Shown in pieces: positions 17,607-28,047 of a stretch of DNA of 64,000 bases. The stretch spans positions 8,889-72,888 of the forward strand of contig CANQYE010000001.1 of assembly GCA_947627995.1 (NCBI GenBank). The letters run 5' to 3'. A program made the position numbers and the translations under genes. Numbering within the stretch: the first letter of the stretch is position 1; every line of letters begins with the position of its first letter. The DNA is from an uncultured Bacilli bacterium (lineage in GTDB: Bacteria > Bacillota_I > Bacilli_A > RF39 > UBA660). The notes under the pieces were generated by a model. The model was not told the DNA's origin and did not search any database. It was given only the letters and a program-made list of their open reading frames with translations.

Positions 17607-18302
17607 ATGAAGAAGACAATATTATTATTTATAATAATTAGTTTAGCATTTTTAAGTGTAGTTGGTTGTGCAAATAAAAAAAATCTAATTTCAAAGGATG
17701 CTATAAAATTTAAAGAAGAGTATGAAAGTTTAAATAATACTTCAAATTCAGATGAAAAAGTACATAGAAGTTTATCTATTTCTGAAAATAATCCGTTTGT
17801 TTATTCTAATGCAAAAGAGATTTTAAAAAAAATCGAAAATAAGGAAACTTTTTATATTTATTTTGGTTCATCTTATTGTCCATGGTGCAGAAGCGTTATA
17901 GAAAAAGTAATTGAAGTAGCTAAAAAAAATAATATAAGCACTATTTATTATATTGATATATGGAATGGAGATCATAATGAAATTTTAAGAGATACATACG
18001 AACTTGATGAAAATAATGAAATAAAGTTGGTTTCAAAAGGCGCAGAAGAATATCAAGATCTATTACGTTATTTAAATAACGTATTAGGAGAATATACATT
18101 AACAAGTAAAGATGGCCAAAAAATATTGGTTGGGGAGAAAAGAATCTTTGCTCCGAACTTTATTTATATTAAAGATGGAAAAGCTGTTAAATTAGAAAGT
18201 GGTAATTCAGATAAGCAAACAGATTCCAGAATGGACTTAACTGAAGAAATATTAAAAGACGAAGAAATTAAGTTCAATGAATTTTTTAAAAATGATAATT
18301 AA
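17607..18302 (+). CDS. Thioredoxin-fold lipoprotein (CPWC motif)
   Basis: Lipobox VVGC after a signal peptide. YFGSSYCPWCRSV. Confidence 0.55.
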   Translation: MKKTILLFIIISLAFLSVVGCANKKNLISKDAIKFKEEYESLNNTSNSDEKVHRSLSISENNPFVYSNAKEILKKIENKETFYIYFGSSYCPWCRSVIEKVIEVAKKNNISTIYYIDIWNGDHNEILRDTYELDENNEIKLVSKGAEEYQDLLRYLNNVLGEYTLTSKDGQKILVGEKRIFAPNFIYIKDGKAVKLESGNSDKQTDSRMDLTEEILKDEEIKFNEFFKNDN

Positions 18303-18329
18303 AACAAATCTAAAAAACGATTTGTTTTT
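18302..18329 (+). terminator. Rho-independent terminator
   Basis: Stem AAACAAATC ... GATTTGTTT then T-run. Confidence 0.45.
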
Positions 18330-18383
18330 AAATATTTTGTATAAAAAATGATAAATTATAAATTAAATTAGGAGTAATAAAAA

Positions 18384-19211
18384 ATGGAAAAATTTAAAGA
18401 AATAGAAAGAAGTATAATTAAAACTTATCGAAAAGAAATTTGGAGCAAATTTATAAAAGGAGTTAAAAATTATAAGTTAATTGAAGAACACGATAAAATA
18501 ATGGTATGTATAAGTGGAGGGAAAGACTCTTTTTTATTAGCTAAATGTATACAAGAATTAAAAAGACATTCTATAAAAAACTTTGATGTTTGTTATGTGG
18601 TAATGGATCCTGGTTATAGTAAGAATAATCGTAAACGTATCTTAGATAACGGAAAACTTTTAAATATACCAATTCAGATATTTAAAACAAATATATTTGA
18701 TGCAGTTGAAAATGTTTCATCAAGCCCCTGTTATTTATGTGCTAGAATGAGAAGAGGGTATTTATATAGTAAAGCGCAGGAATTAGGATGCAATAAAATA
18801 GCTTTGGGCCATCATTTTGATGATGTTATAGAAACAACCTTACTTTCAATGTTTTATGGTTCAGAAATAAAAACTATGATGCCAAAATTACATAGTGAAA
18901 ATTTTAAAGGTCTAGAATTAATAAGGCCATTATATTTAGTTAAGGAAAAATCTATCTTGGCTTGGTGTAATTTAAACAATTTACAATTTCTTAATTGTGC
19001 ATGTCATTTTACTGAAAACCATTTTTCAATTAATGATGGAACCAGTAAACGAAAAGAAATAAAAGAGTTAATCAAAAAATTGAAAGAAACTAATGACAAT
19101 GTTGATAATAATATTTTTAAATCATTGGATAATATTAATTTAAATTGTGTATTGGGAACAAAGAAAAATAGTAAATATAAAAGTTTTTTAGAAGATTATG
19201 ATAAAAAATAA
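18384..19211 (+). CDS. PP-loop ATPase, TtcA/TtuA-like tRNA thiolation enzyme
   Basis: SGGKDS PP-loop plus CxxC pairs (CYLCARMRRG, CACHF). Confidence 0.6.
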   Translation: MEKFKEIERSIIKTYRKEIWSKFIKGVKNYKLIEEHDKIMVCISGGKDSFLLAKCIQELKRHSIKNFDVCYVVMDPGYSKNNRKRILDNGKLLNIPIQIFKTNIFDAVENVSSSPCYLCARMRRGYLYSKAQELGCNKIALGHHFDDVIETTLLSMFYGSEIKTMMPKLHSENFKGLELIRPLYLVKEKSILAWCNLNNLQFLNCACHFTENHFSINDGTSKRKEIKELIKKLKETNDNVDNNIFKSLDNINLNCVLGTKKNSKYKSFLEDYDKK

Positions 19212-19260
19212 AATATATTAGAATTTTTTTGTTAAAAAATGTATATGATATAAAATATTC

Positions 19261-19292
19261 TTGACTTGCGGGGGGGGGTATTAGTTTATAAT
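19261..19292 (+). promoter_or_regulatory. Promoter TTGACT-(20 nt spacer containing G9)-TATAAT, candidate phase-variable
   Basis: TTGACT at 19261-19266. G9 at 19270-19278. TATAAT at 19287-19292. Spacer is 20 nt; 17-18 would be optimal. Confidence 0.5.
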
Positions 19293-19315
19293 ATCTTTAG
19301 AAAGGAAAGAATGAA

Positions 19316-20608
19316 GTGAAAAAGAAAAGTTTATTATTTACAATCATTGCTTTAGTGCTTTTTATACCAAAAGTATATGCAGTTGAAACAGTAGATTGCT
19401 CAAATGGAAGACCTAAAGCACAAGTCGGTACAAGTTGTTATTCATCATTAAATGATGCATTAGAAAGTGCTAATGAAGAAAATAACACAATTAAATTATT
19501 AGATGATGTTTCTAACTACACCATAAAGATTTCAAAAGATCAAACAATAGTACTAGATTTAAATACTCATAAAATAACTGCTCCTGATAATAGTTGGGCA
19601 ATTTACAATGAAGGAAATCTAACTATTACTAATGGAACAGTGTTAGGAAATAGCAAAAGTGCTGCTATTCGTAACAATGGAAAAAAATTAGTTGGTAAAT
19701 CATTAACTGTTCAATCTTCTTTTATAGCTATTATTAATAATGATGTAGTAGCAATAGATGGTGTTGAACAAGAAAGTGGTCGACCTACATTAATTTTAGA
19801 AGATAGTACAATTAATGGAAATGCAGGATTTAGTGGTTCCGGTTTACAATTAGGCGGAAACGCAAATGTTAAAAATGTGAAGTTTACGGCTACTAAAGGA
19901 AGTGCATTAATTCGTGTTTTCGACGGAAAAACAGAAACAGAAGTTGTACTTGATAATTTATCTACAACAAATAGAGGTCTTATTAATGCTGGGAAAAATA
20001 GCACTAATGATGAACATGGAATTAAAGTAGAAATTAAAAATATATCTGAAAATGATAAATCAAAATTGACACTATCTCCTGAAGGAGATGCTGTAATTAT
20101 TCCGGATAAAGAGTATGCAGACAAAGTTTTAAAATTTGCACTTAAAGGTTCAACAATTATTATTCCAGAAGGATTCTATATGGATAAAATTGATATACGT
20201 GAAGGTGTAAATATAAAGTTTGTTGATGGAAATAATGGAAAACAAATATTAGAAAAAAATGAAGATGGTACTTATAACATTGTTAAAAGAGCAGATTATT
20301 CAAAAATTGATAAATTACTAAATGAAATCGAAAAATTAAATAAAGATGATTATACAAAAGATACATGGGATGCATTAGAAAAAGCAATATTAGCTGTTGA
20401 TTATGATAAAACTGCAAAAGAACAAGATAAAGTTGATGCAATGGCTAGCGTAATTGAAAAAGCAATGAATAATCTTGTTAAAATAAAAAAAGAAAATACA
20501 ACTATAAATCCAAACACTGGTGATAGTTCTATAATTTATATAATAATTGGTGGAATATCAGTACTTGGAATAGTTACTAGCGTTTTATATTTAAAAAAGA
20601 ATAGATAA
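19316..20608 (+). CDS. Cell-wall-anchored surface protein with NPNTG sorting signal
   Basis: GTG start after AAAGGAAAG. Signal peptide. NG-rich repetitive core. C-terminal NPNTG + hydrophobic segment + KKNR. Confidence 0.6.
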   Translation: MKKKSLLFTIIALVLFIPKVYAVETVDCSNGRPKAQVGTSCYSSLNDALESANEENNTIKLLDDVSNYTIKISKDQTIVLDLNTHKITAPDNSWAIYNEGNLTITNGTVLGNSKSAAIRNNGKKLVGKSLTVQSSFIAIINNDVVAIDGVEQESGRPTLILEDSTINGNAGFSGSGLQLGGNANVKNVKFTATKGSALIRVFDGKTETEVVLDNLSTTNRGLINAGKNSTNDEHGIKVEIKNISENDKSKLTLSPEGDAVIIPDKEYADKVLKFALKGSTIIIPEGFYMDKIDIREGVNIKFVDGNNGKQILEKNEDGTYNIVKRADYSKIDKLLNEIEKLNKDDYTKDTWDALEKAILAVDYDKTAKEQDKVDAMASVIEKAMNNLVKIKKENTTINPNTGDSSIIYIIIGGISVLGIVTSVLYLKKNR

Positions 20609-20618
20609 TAAATTAATG

Positions 20619-20643
20619 GAAATAGGAAACTATTTCTTTTTTT
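20619..20643 (+). terminator. Rho-independent terminator
   Basis: Stem GAAATAG-gaaa-CTATTTC followed by T7. Confidence 0.55.
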
Positions 20644-20723
20644 ATGATTAAATAATTTCACAATTTTCTATTTTACTTTTTTCGAAAACTAGAGTATAAT
20701 TATGGATAATAGGAGTGAAACTT

Positions 20724-21968
20724 ATGAGAAAGATTATTGCTAGTATTGATTTAGGCTCTGATACCATTAAAATAATAGTTGGTGAAATATATAATAATAA
20801 ATTAAATATTTTAGCAATATCTGATACCCCTAGTAAGGGAATAAAAAAAGGCTTAGTAGTTAATCCCAATGAAATGATGAATTGTTTGAAGAAGGGATTA
20901 AAAAAGATTGAAGAATCACTAGATTTAAAAGTCAAAAAAGCTATTATAAACGTTTCTGCAATAGATGCTAATTTTATAAGTAGTGAAGGTACTTGCACTA
21001 TTAATAATGCAGATGGAATTGTTCGTGGGACGGATATAGTGCGTGCTTTGCAAGCTTCTACTTATAATAAAGTAGCATTAAATAAGGAATTAATAAATGT
21101 AATACCAGTGGATTATATTCTAGATGATGAACAAAAAGTTATAAATCCAAAGGGTTTAAAAGCAAATAGAATAGTAGCTCGTTCAATTTTAATCACAACT
21201 CCTAAAAAAAATATATATAATGTTTTATCGTGTTTCGATAAATTAGGAATTGAAATAATAGATATTTCCGTAGGAGCTATTGGAGACTATGAAACATTTA
21301 AAAATAATAAGATTTCCAATTCTATCGGAGCGATTATTAATATGGGTAGCAACACAACTACTATAAGTATATTCAATAAAGGTATTATGACAAATTCTGA
21401 AGTTATTGAATTGGGCAGCGAAAATATAGATAATGATATATCTTTTATATATAAGATTAATAAAGTAGAATCAAAAAGATTAAAAGAAAATTTAGCTTTA
21501 GGACATAAAAGATTGGCCTCTGCTACAGTAAGCGAAGAAATAAAAAATAAATTAGGAGATATTATAAAAATAAATCAGTATGAAATATCTGAAATTGTGA
21601 TGAGTAGAATAGCTGAAATTCTAAATAAAGTAAAAAAAGAAATTAACTACTTAACAAAACATGAAATTAGTTATATAATATTTACAGGAGGATTGACAGA
21701 AATAACTGATCTTTCGTTATTACTAGAAGAAATATTTGGAAAAAATGTTACTTTAGGTAAAATAGATATAATTGGTGCTAGAAATAGAAAGTATAGTTCA
21801 GCTATTGGAATGATTAAATATTTTAATAATAAATTGAAACTTAGAGATAAGGAGTTTTCTATATTTGATTTTGAAGAATTAGAATATTTGAGTAGTGCTA
21901 ATAAAAAAATGAATATTTCAAATGACACTATATTTGGTAAAATATTTGGATATTTTTTTGATAATTAA
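20724..21968 (+). CDS. ftsA: Cell division protein FtsA
   Basis: MRKIIASIDLGSDTIKI actin-like ATPase. Directly upstream of ftsZ. Confidence 0.85.
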   Translation: MRKIIASIDLGSDTIKIIVGEIYNNKLNILAISDTPSKGIKKGLVVNPNEMMNCLKKGLKKIEESLDLKVKKAIINVSAIDANFISSEGTCTINNADGIVRGTDIVRALQASTYNKVALNKELINVIPVDYILDDEQKVINPKGLKANRIVARSILITTPKKNIYNVLSCFDKLGIEIIDISVGAIGDYETFKNNKISNSIGAIINMGSNTTTISIFNKGIMTNSEVIELGSENIDNDISFIYKINKVESKRLKENLALGHKRLASATVSEEIKNKLGDIIKINQYEISEIVMSRIAEILNKVKKEINYLTKHEISYIIFTGGLTEITDLSLLLEEIFGKNVTLGKIDIIGARNRKYSSAIGMIKYFNNKLKLRDKEFSIFDFEELEYLSSANKKMNISNDTIFGKIFGYFFDN

Positions 21969-21983
21969 GGGAGAGTGTATTAT

Positions 21984-23060
21984 ATGAATTTAGAGATGGA
22001 TCAAATAGCTAAAATTAAAGTTATTGGTGTAGGTGGCGGTGGTTGTAATGCCGTTAATAGAATGATAGAGGCAGGAGTTAAGGGCGTTGAATTTATTGTA
22101 GCTAATACTGATTTACAAGTATTGAATGCTTCTCCAGCAGAAATAAAATTACAATTAGGTGAATCTATTACAGGTGGTTTAGGAGCAGGAGCAAATCCTA
22201 ATGTTGGTCGAGAAGCTGCCATGGAATCAAGAAGTGAAATAGAAGAAGTTTTACGTGGCGCTGATATGGTATTTGTTACATGCGGACTTGGTGGTGGTAC
22301 TGGAACTGGAGCAGCACCAATAATTGCAGAAATTGCTCAAAGCTTAAACGCATTAACTGTTGGAATAGTTACAAAGCCTTTTAAATTTGAAGGAAAAAAA
22401 CGTATGGAACAAGCATTACTTGGATTAGAGGAATTGAAAAAGAATGTCGATACTTTAATAGTAATTCCAAATGATCGTTTAAGAGATATTATTGATAAGT
22501 CTACGCCGATGGTCGATGCGTTCAAAGAAGTTGATAATGTATTACATAGAGGTGTACAATCAATAAGTGATTTAATTGCAGTATCAGGATTAGTTAACTT
22601 AGATTTTGCTGATGTTAAAGCTGTAATGGAAAAACGAGGTAATGCTTTAATAGGTATTGGACTTGGAATTGGTGAAAATAGAGCTATTGAAGCGGCAAAA
22701 CAAGCTGTTTCATCTCCTCTTTTAGAAACTTCAATTAATGGTGCTACTGATGCAATTATTAATATCACTGGTGGAAATTCATTAACTCTTTTTGAGGCCG
22801 AAGATGCAGCTGAAGTGGTAAGAGCTGCTGCTAATACGGATATAAATACTATTTTTGGTGCGGTAATTAATGAAAATTTAAATGATGAAGTAATTGTAAC
22901 AGTAATTGCAACAGGTTTTGATGATAATGACTCTGAAAGCTTATATCAAAAAGAAAATACAATATCTAGCGATGATCTGCCAAGACTTGATAGCGATGTA
23001 GAAGTTCTAGATAATGATATTGATATTCCATCATTTTTAAGAAACAGAGATAATTTTTAA
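21984..23060 (+). CDS. ftsZ: Cell division GTPase FtsZ
   Basis: [13 protein letters not shown] tubulin signature and GGGTGTG. Confidence 0.9.
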   Translation: MNLEMDQIAKIKVIGVGGGGCNAVNRMIEAGVKGVEFIVANTDLQVLNASPAEIKLQLGESITGGLGAGANPNVGREAAMESRSEIEEVLRGADMVFVTCGLGGGTGTGAAPIIAEIAQSLNALTVGIVTKPFKFEGKKRMEQALLGLEELKKNVDTLIVIPNDRLRDIIDKSTPMVDAFKEVDNVLHRGVQSISDLIAVSGLVNLDFADVKAVMEKRGNALIGIGLGIGENRAIEAAKQAVSSPLLETSINGATDAIINITGGNSLTLFEAEDAAEVVRAAANTDINTIFGAVINENLNDEVIVTVIATGFDDNDSESLYQKENTISSDDLPRLDSDVEVLDNDIDIPSFLRNRDNF

Positions 23061-23078
23061 AAAAAAATTAATTTTTTC

Positions 23079-23112
23079 AAAGAAGTTTACTAAAGTAAAC
23101 TTCTTTTATTTT
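23079..23112 (+). terminator. Rho-independent terminator after ftsZ
   Basis: 12-bp stem AAAGAAGTTTAC-taaa-GTAAACTTCTTT then T-rich. Confidence 0.6.
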
Positions 23113-23126
23113 AAATAGGTGATTAT

Positions 23127-23786
23127 ATGCGAAAAAAAACAAAAAAAGAAGAAAAGGATATTGAAAGTTATATTTTTAAAATAAGAAAATTAAATAAAAA
23201 TAATAAATTGACTGAAGAAGATAAAATAAAATTTGAAAAATATTTATTAATGCAAAATGATATTTTAATTCCATCTATAGAATATTTGAATATTGTTGAT
23301 TGCCCCACAGAATATTTTATTAGTGAGTTAATAATAAAAGATAAATGGCATGATATTGTTGTGATCTCTAATCATGTCCCAAATTCAAGGTTCAAAATTA
23401 AATTTTCGGATTATATTGAAAAAAAACTTAGAGAAAAAATTCAAGAAGACCCGAATATTTATGGTAATTATTTTATTAAACTAGCTAAAAATATAGAATT
23501 AAAGGTAATGGATTATGAGTGTGTAATTTTACAAACAAAAAATTTAAATTTAATTGCTATGTTTGCAATCTATTATAATAATAATTTGATTTTTGAAATA
23601 TTTGATAATTATTTGAATTTGAAAATTTTTCTTGAAACAAATAAAAATAATGACGTAGAGCTTAATTTGGCTTATATAAGACTTTTAGAATTAATGAATG
23701 AAGATAAAAGAGTTGATACTCAATTGATTTTGAAAAATGTTGATAATAAACTTTTAAAATATTTTAATAAACTATCGATAATTTGA
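23127..23786 (+). CDS. Hypothetical protein (219 aa)
   Basis: ORF only. No motif recognised. Confidence 0.4.
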   Translation: MRKKTKKEEKDIESYIFKIRKLNKNNKLTEEDKIKFEKYLLMQNDILIPSIEYLNIVDCPTEYFISELIIKDKWHDIVVISNHVPNSRFKIKFSDYIEKKLREKIQEDPNIYGNYFIKLAKNIELKVMDYECVILQTKNLNLIAMFAIYYNNNLIFEIFDNYLNLKIFLETNKNNDVELNLAYIRLLELMNEDKRVDTQLILKNVDNKLLKYFNKLSII

Positions 23787-23842
23787 CAATTTTTCATATT
23801 ATTGTTAAAATATGTGACGTTTAAAGTGAAAGAGGGAATTTT

Positions 23843-24418
23843 ATGACTTGTTTAGAATGTAATGTAGAAAATAAAAATATAAATAATGAAAAAAATAATA
23901 CGATAAAAAAATTAGATATAATAAATTTAGCACTTAGAAAAATTAAAGAAAATAATTTGCCATTACAAGTATTATGGCAAGAAAGTGGTTATACGCCTGA
24001 AGTTAAAAATTTTATAAGAAAATTATATTCAATAGGATTTAAAGAAATCGAAATATATTATATATTACAAAGATATGCAAATTATGATGTTTTTGTAGAA
24101 TATATTCAAGAAAAATATGAAAAAAAAGGAAAATTTTCTGAAGAAACGATTCAAAATGCAGAATTAATAAATTTAGCTATACAAAGGTTAAATAAAAATG
24201 ATGTTACATTAGGTGTTTTATTGGGAGCTTTTGATTATACTAAAGAGATAGAAGAGTTTGTTGATAATTTAGAATTTATAGGTTTATCAGAAGAAGAAAT
24301 ATATTTAATTTTAAAAAAATACGCAAATGAAGGTATATTTACTGGTTATGCTAATTTTAATTATTCAAAATTACATCAAAGTGAAGAAATTAAAATACCT
24401 ATGTTACAATTAAAATAG
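23843..24418 (+). CDS. Hypothetical protein (191 aa) with two tandem internal repeats of about 65 aa
   Basis: Repeat 1 INLALRKIKENNLPLQVLW...IYYILQRYANY. Repeat 2 INLAIQRLNKNDVTLGVLL...IYLILKKYANE. Confidence 0.4.
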   Translation: MTCLECNVENKNINNEKNNTIKKLDIINLALRKIKENNLPLQVLWQESGYTPEVKNFIRKLYSIGFKEIEIYYILQRYANYDVFVEYIQEKYEKKGKFSEETIQNAELINLAIQRLNKNDVTLGVLLGAFDYTKEIEEFVDNLEFIGLSEEEIYLILKKYANEGIFTGYANFNYSKLHQSEEIKIPMLQLK

Positions 24419-24467
24419 AATATTTGCCATTAGGCATTTTTTTAATTTGTAAATAAAATAAAAAAAA

Positions 24468-24495
24468 TTAGCACTCATATATTGACAAGTGCTAA
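24468..24495 (+). promoter_or_regulatory. CIRCE operator (TTAGCACTC-N9-caAGTGCTAA)
   Basis: Near-perfect match to the HrcA-binding inverted repeat. Confidence 0.7.
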
Positions 24496-24514
24496 GCATA
24501 ATATTATAATGTAA

Positions 24515-24540
24515 TTAGCACTGAAAAAAAATTGTGCTAA
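24515..24540 (+). promoter_or_regulatory. Second CIRCE-like inverted repeat (TTAGCACTG-N9-TGTGCTAA)
   Basis: Degenerate copy 20 nt downstream of the first. Confidence 0.5.
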
Positions 24541-24544
24541 GAAG

Positions 24545-25549
24545 GTGATATATTTGGGTCCAAGACAGAAACAATTGCTTAAAGAAATTGTGGAAAGTTA
24601 TATAAAAACAGCTAAACCTATTGGATCAAAGGCTTTATGCATTAAATTTAAATGCTCAAGTGCAACTATCCGTAATGAAATGGTAGCTTTAGAAAATTTA
24701 GGTTTAATAACAAAAACGCATTTATCCTCAGGAAGAGTCCCTAGTGAGAAAGGGTATAGGTATTATGTTGAAAACTTAATGGTACCAAAAGAACTTTCTG
24801 GTGATGATATGTTAAAATTACAAACGATTTTCCATAATAATTCATTACAAGTAAATGATGCAATTAGTAAATGTGTAGAAATTATATCGGAAATTACAAA
24901 TTATACGTCAGTTGTTTTAGGAAAAAGTTCAAAAGATAATTTACTTAGTCAATTAAGTATTATTCCTATTACTGAAAATAAGATTGTAGCACTTGTTTGT
25001 ACTAATAAAGGCTTCGTGGAAAATAAACAATTTACTATACCAAAAGATATTTCAATTAATGAAGTTGTAAAAACAAGTGAAATGATTAATAAAATGTTAA
25101 TTGGTACGCCTGTAAATGAAATTAGTAGTAGAATGGAATTTGAAATAAAACCTATTATTGCTAAAAAAATAAAACAATATGAAGCAGTTTATAATATTTT
25201 CTATGATGCTTTTAATGATTTTACAAAGAGTAATATTATTTTTGGTGGAAAAACTAATATATTAAAACAACCTGAATATGATGATATTAATGAAGTAAAA
25301 AAAATTGTAGAAAAGTTAGAAGATGAAACTCTTGTGTCTCGTATAGAAACAAAAGAAAAAGGAATAAATATTTATATTGGTGACGAAACGGAGTTTGATC
25401 CTAATGTAACAATTATCAAAACCCATTACAACATAGATGGTGAAGAAGGAACTATTGCAATTGTTGGACCAAAAAGAATGGAGTACGATAAAGTAGTAGG
25501 ACTTTTAAATTATATTGAGAAAGAATTAAATGGTGAAAAAGATGACTAA
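24545..25549 (+). CDS. hrcA: Heat-inducible repressor HrcA
   Basis: RQKQLLKEIVESYIKTAKPIGSKAL. Start may be the TTG at 24554. Confidence 0.85.
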   Translation: MIYLGPRQKQLLKEIVESYIKTAKPIGSKALCIKFKCSSATIRNEMVALENLGLITKTHLSSGRVPSEKGYRYYVENLMVPKELSGDDMLKLQTIFHNNSLQVNDAISKCVEIISEITNYTSVVLGKSSKDNLLSQLSIIPITENKIVALVCTNKGFVENKQFTIPKDISINEVVKTSEMINKMLIGTPVNEISSRMEFEIKPIIAKKIKQYEAVYNIFYDAFNDFTKSNIIFGGKTNILKQPEYDDINEVKKIVEKLEDETLVSRIETKEKGINIYIGDETEFDPNVTIIKTHYNIDGEEGTIAIVGPKRMEYDKVVGLLNYIEKELNGEKDD

Positions 25550-26126
25550 GAAAGAAAACAAAGAAGAAATTAAAAAACAATCTTGTAATTGCGAACAAGA
25601 TTGTTCTTGTCAAACTGATCAAGAAAAAAAATGCGATTGTGAAAAAAAAGCACAGAAAAAAAATCCTAAAAATAAAGAAATCGAAAAATTGAAAGAAGAA
25701 AATAATGTTCTTCAAAATAAGATTTTGAGATTGAATGCAGAAATAGCTAATATAAAACGGCACAATGAAGAAGAGAGAATGCGATTAATAAAGTATGATG
25801 GAGAGAAAATAATTATAGATTTATTAGAAAGTTTAGATAATTTTGAGCGAGCTATTTCAATGGATGATGATAATTTAGAAGATGAAGTTAGTAAATTTTT
25901 AAGTGGTTTTAAAATGATTTATACTAATTTAGTAAATAAACTTAAAAATTTAGGCGTTGAAGAAATTAAAGCATCTGGTGAAGTATTTGATCCAAATATT
26001 ATGGAAGCAGTACTTACCGATAAAAATGAAAAATATGAATCTAATATTGTAACCGAAGTATTACAAAAAGGTTACAAATATAAAGATAAAGTTATAAGAC
26101 CAGCAATGGTTAAAGTAAATGAATAA
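25542..26126 (+). CDS. grpE: Nucleotide exchange factor GrpE with Cys-rich N-terminal tail
   Basis: GrpE coiled coil and C-terminal beta domain. N-terminus SCNCEQDCSCQTDQEKKCDCEKK. Confidence 0.85.
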   Translation: MTKKENKEEIKKQSCNCEQDCSCQTDQEKKCDCEKKAQKKNPKNKEIEKLKEENNVLQNKILRLNAEIANIKRHNEEERMRLIKYDGEKIIIDLLESLDNFERAISMDDDNLEDEVSKFLSGFKMIYTNLVNKLKNLGVEEIKASGEVFDPNIMEAVLTDKNEKYESNIVTEVLQKGYKYKDKVIRPAMVKVNE

Positions 26127-26133
26127 AAATTGA

Positions 26134-27990
<1,857 letters not shown>

Positions 27991-27999
27991 TAATTAATA

Positions 28000-28023
28000 A
28001 AAGTTCTAGGTTACTAGAACTTT
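28000..28023 (+). terminator. Hairpin / possible attenuator between dnaK and pepF
   Basis: Stem AAAGTTCTAG-gtta-CTAGAACTTT then a short T-run. Confidence 0.4.
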
Positions 28024-28047
28024 TAAATGATATTGGAAAGGTTAATT

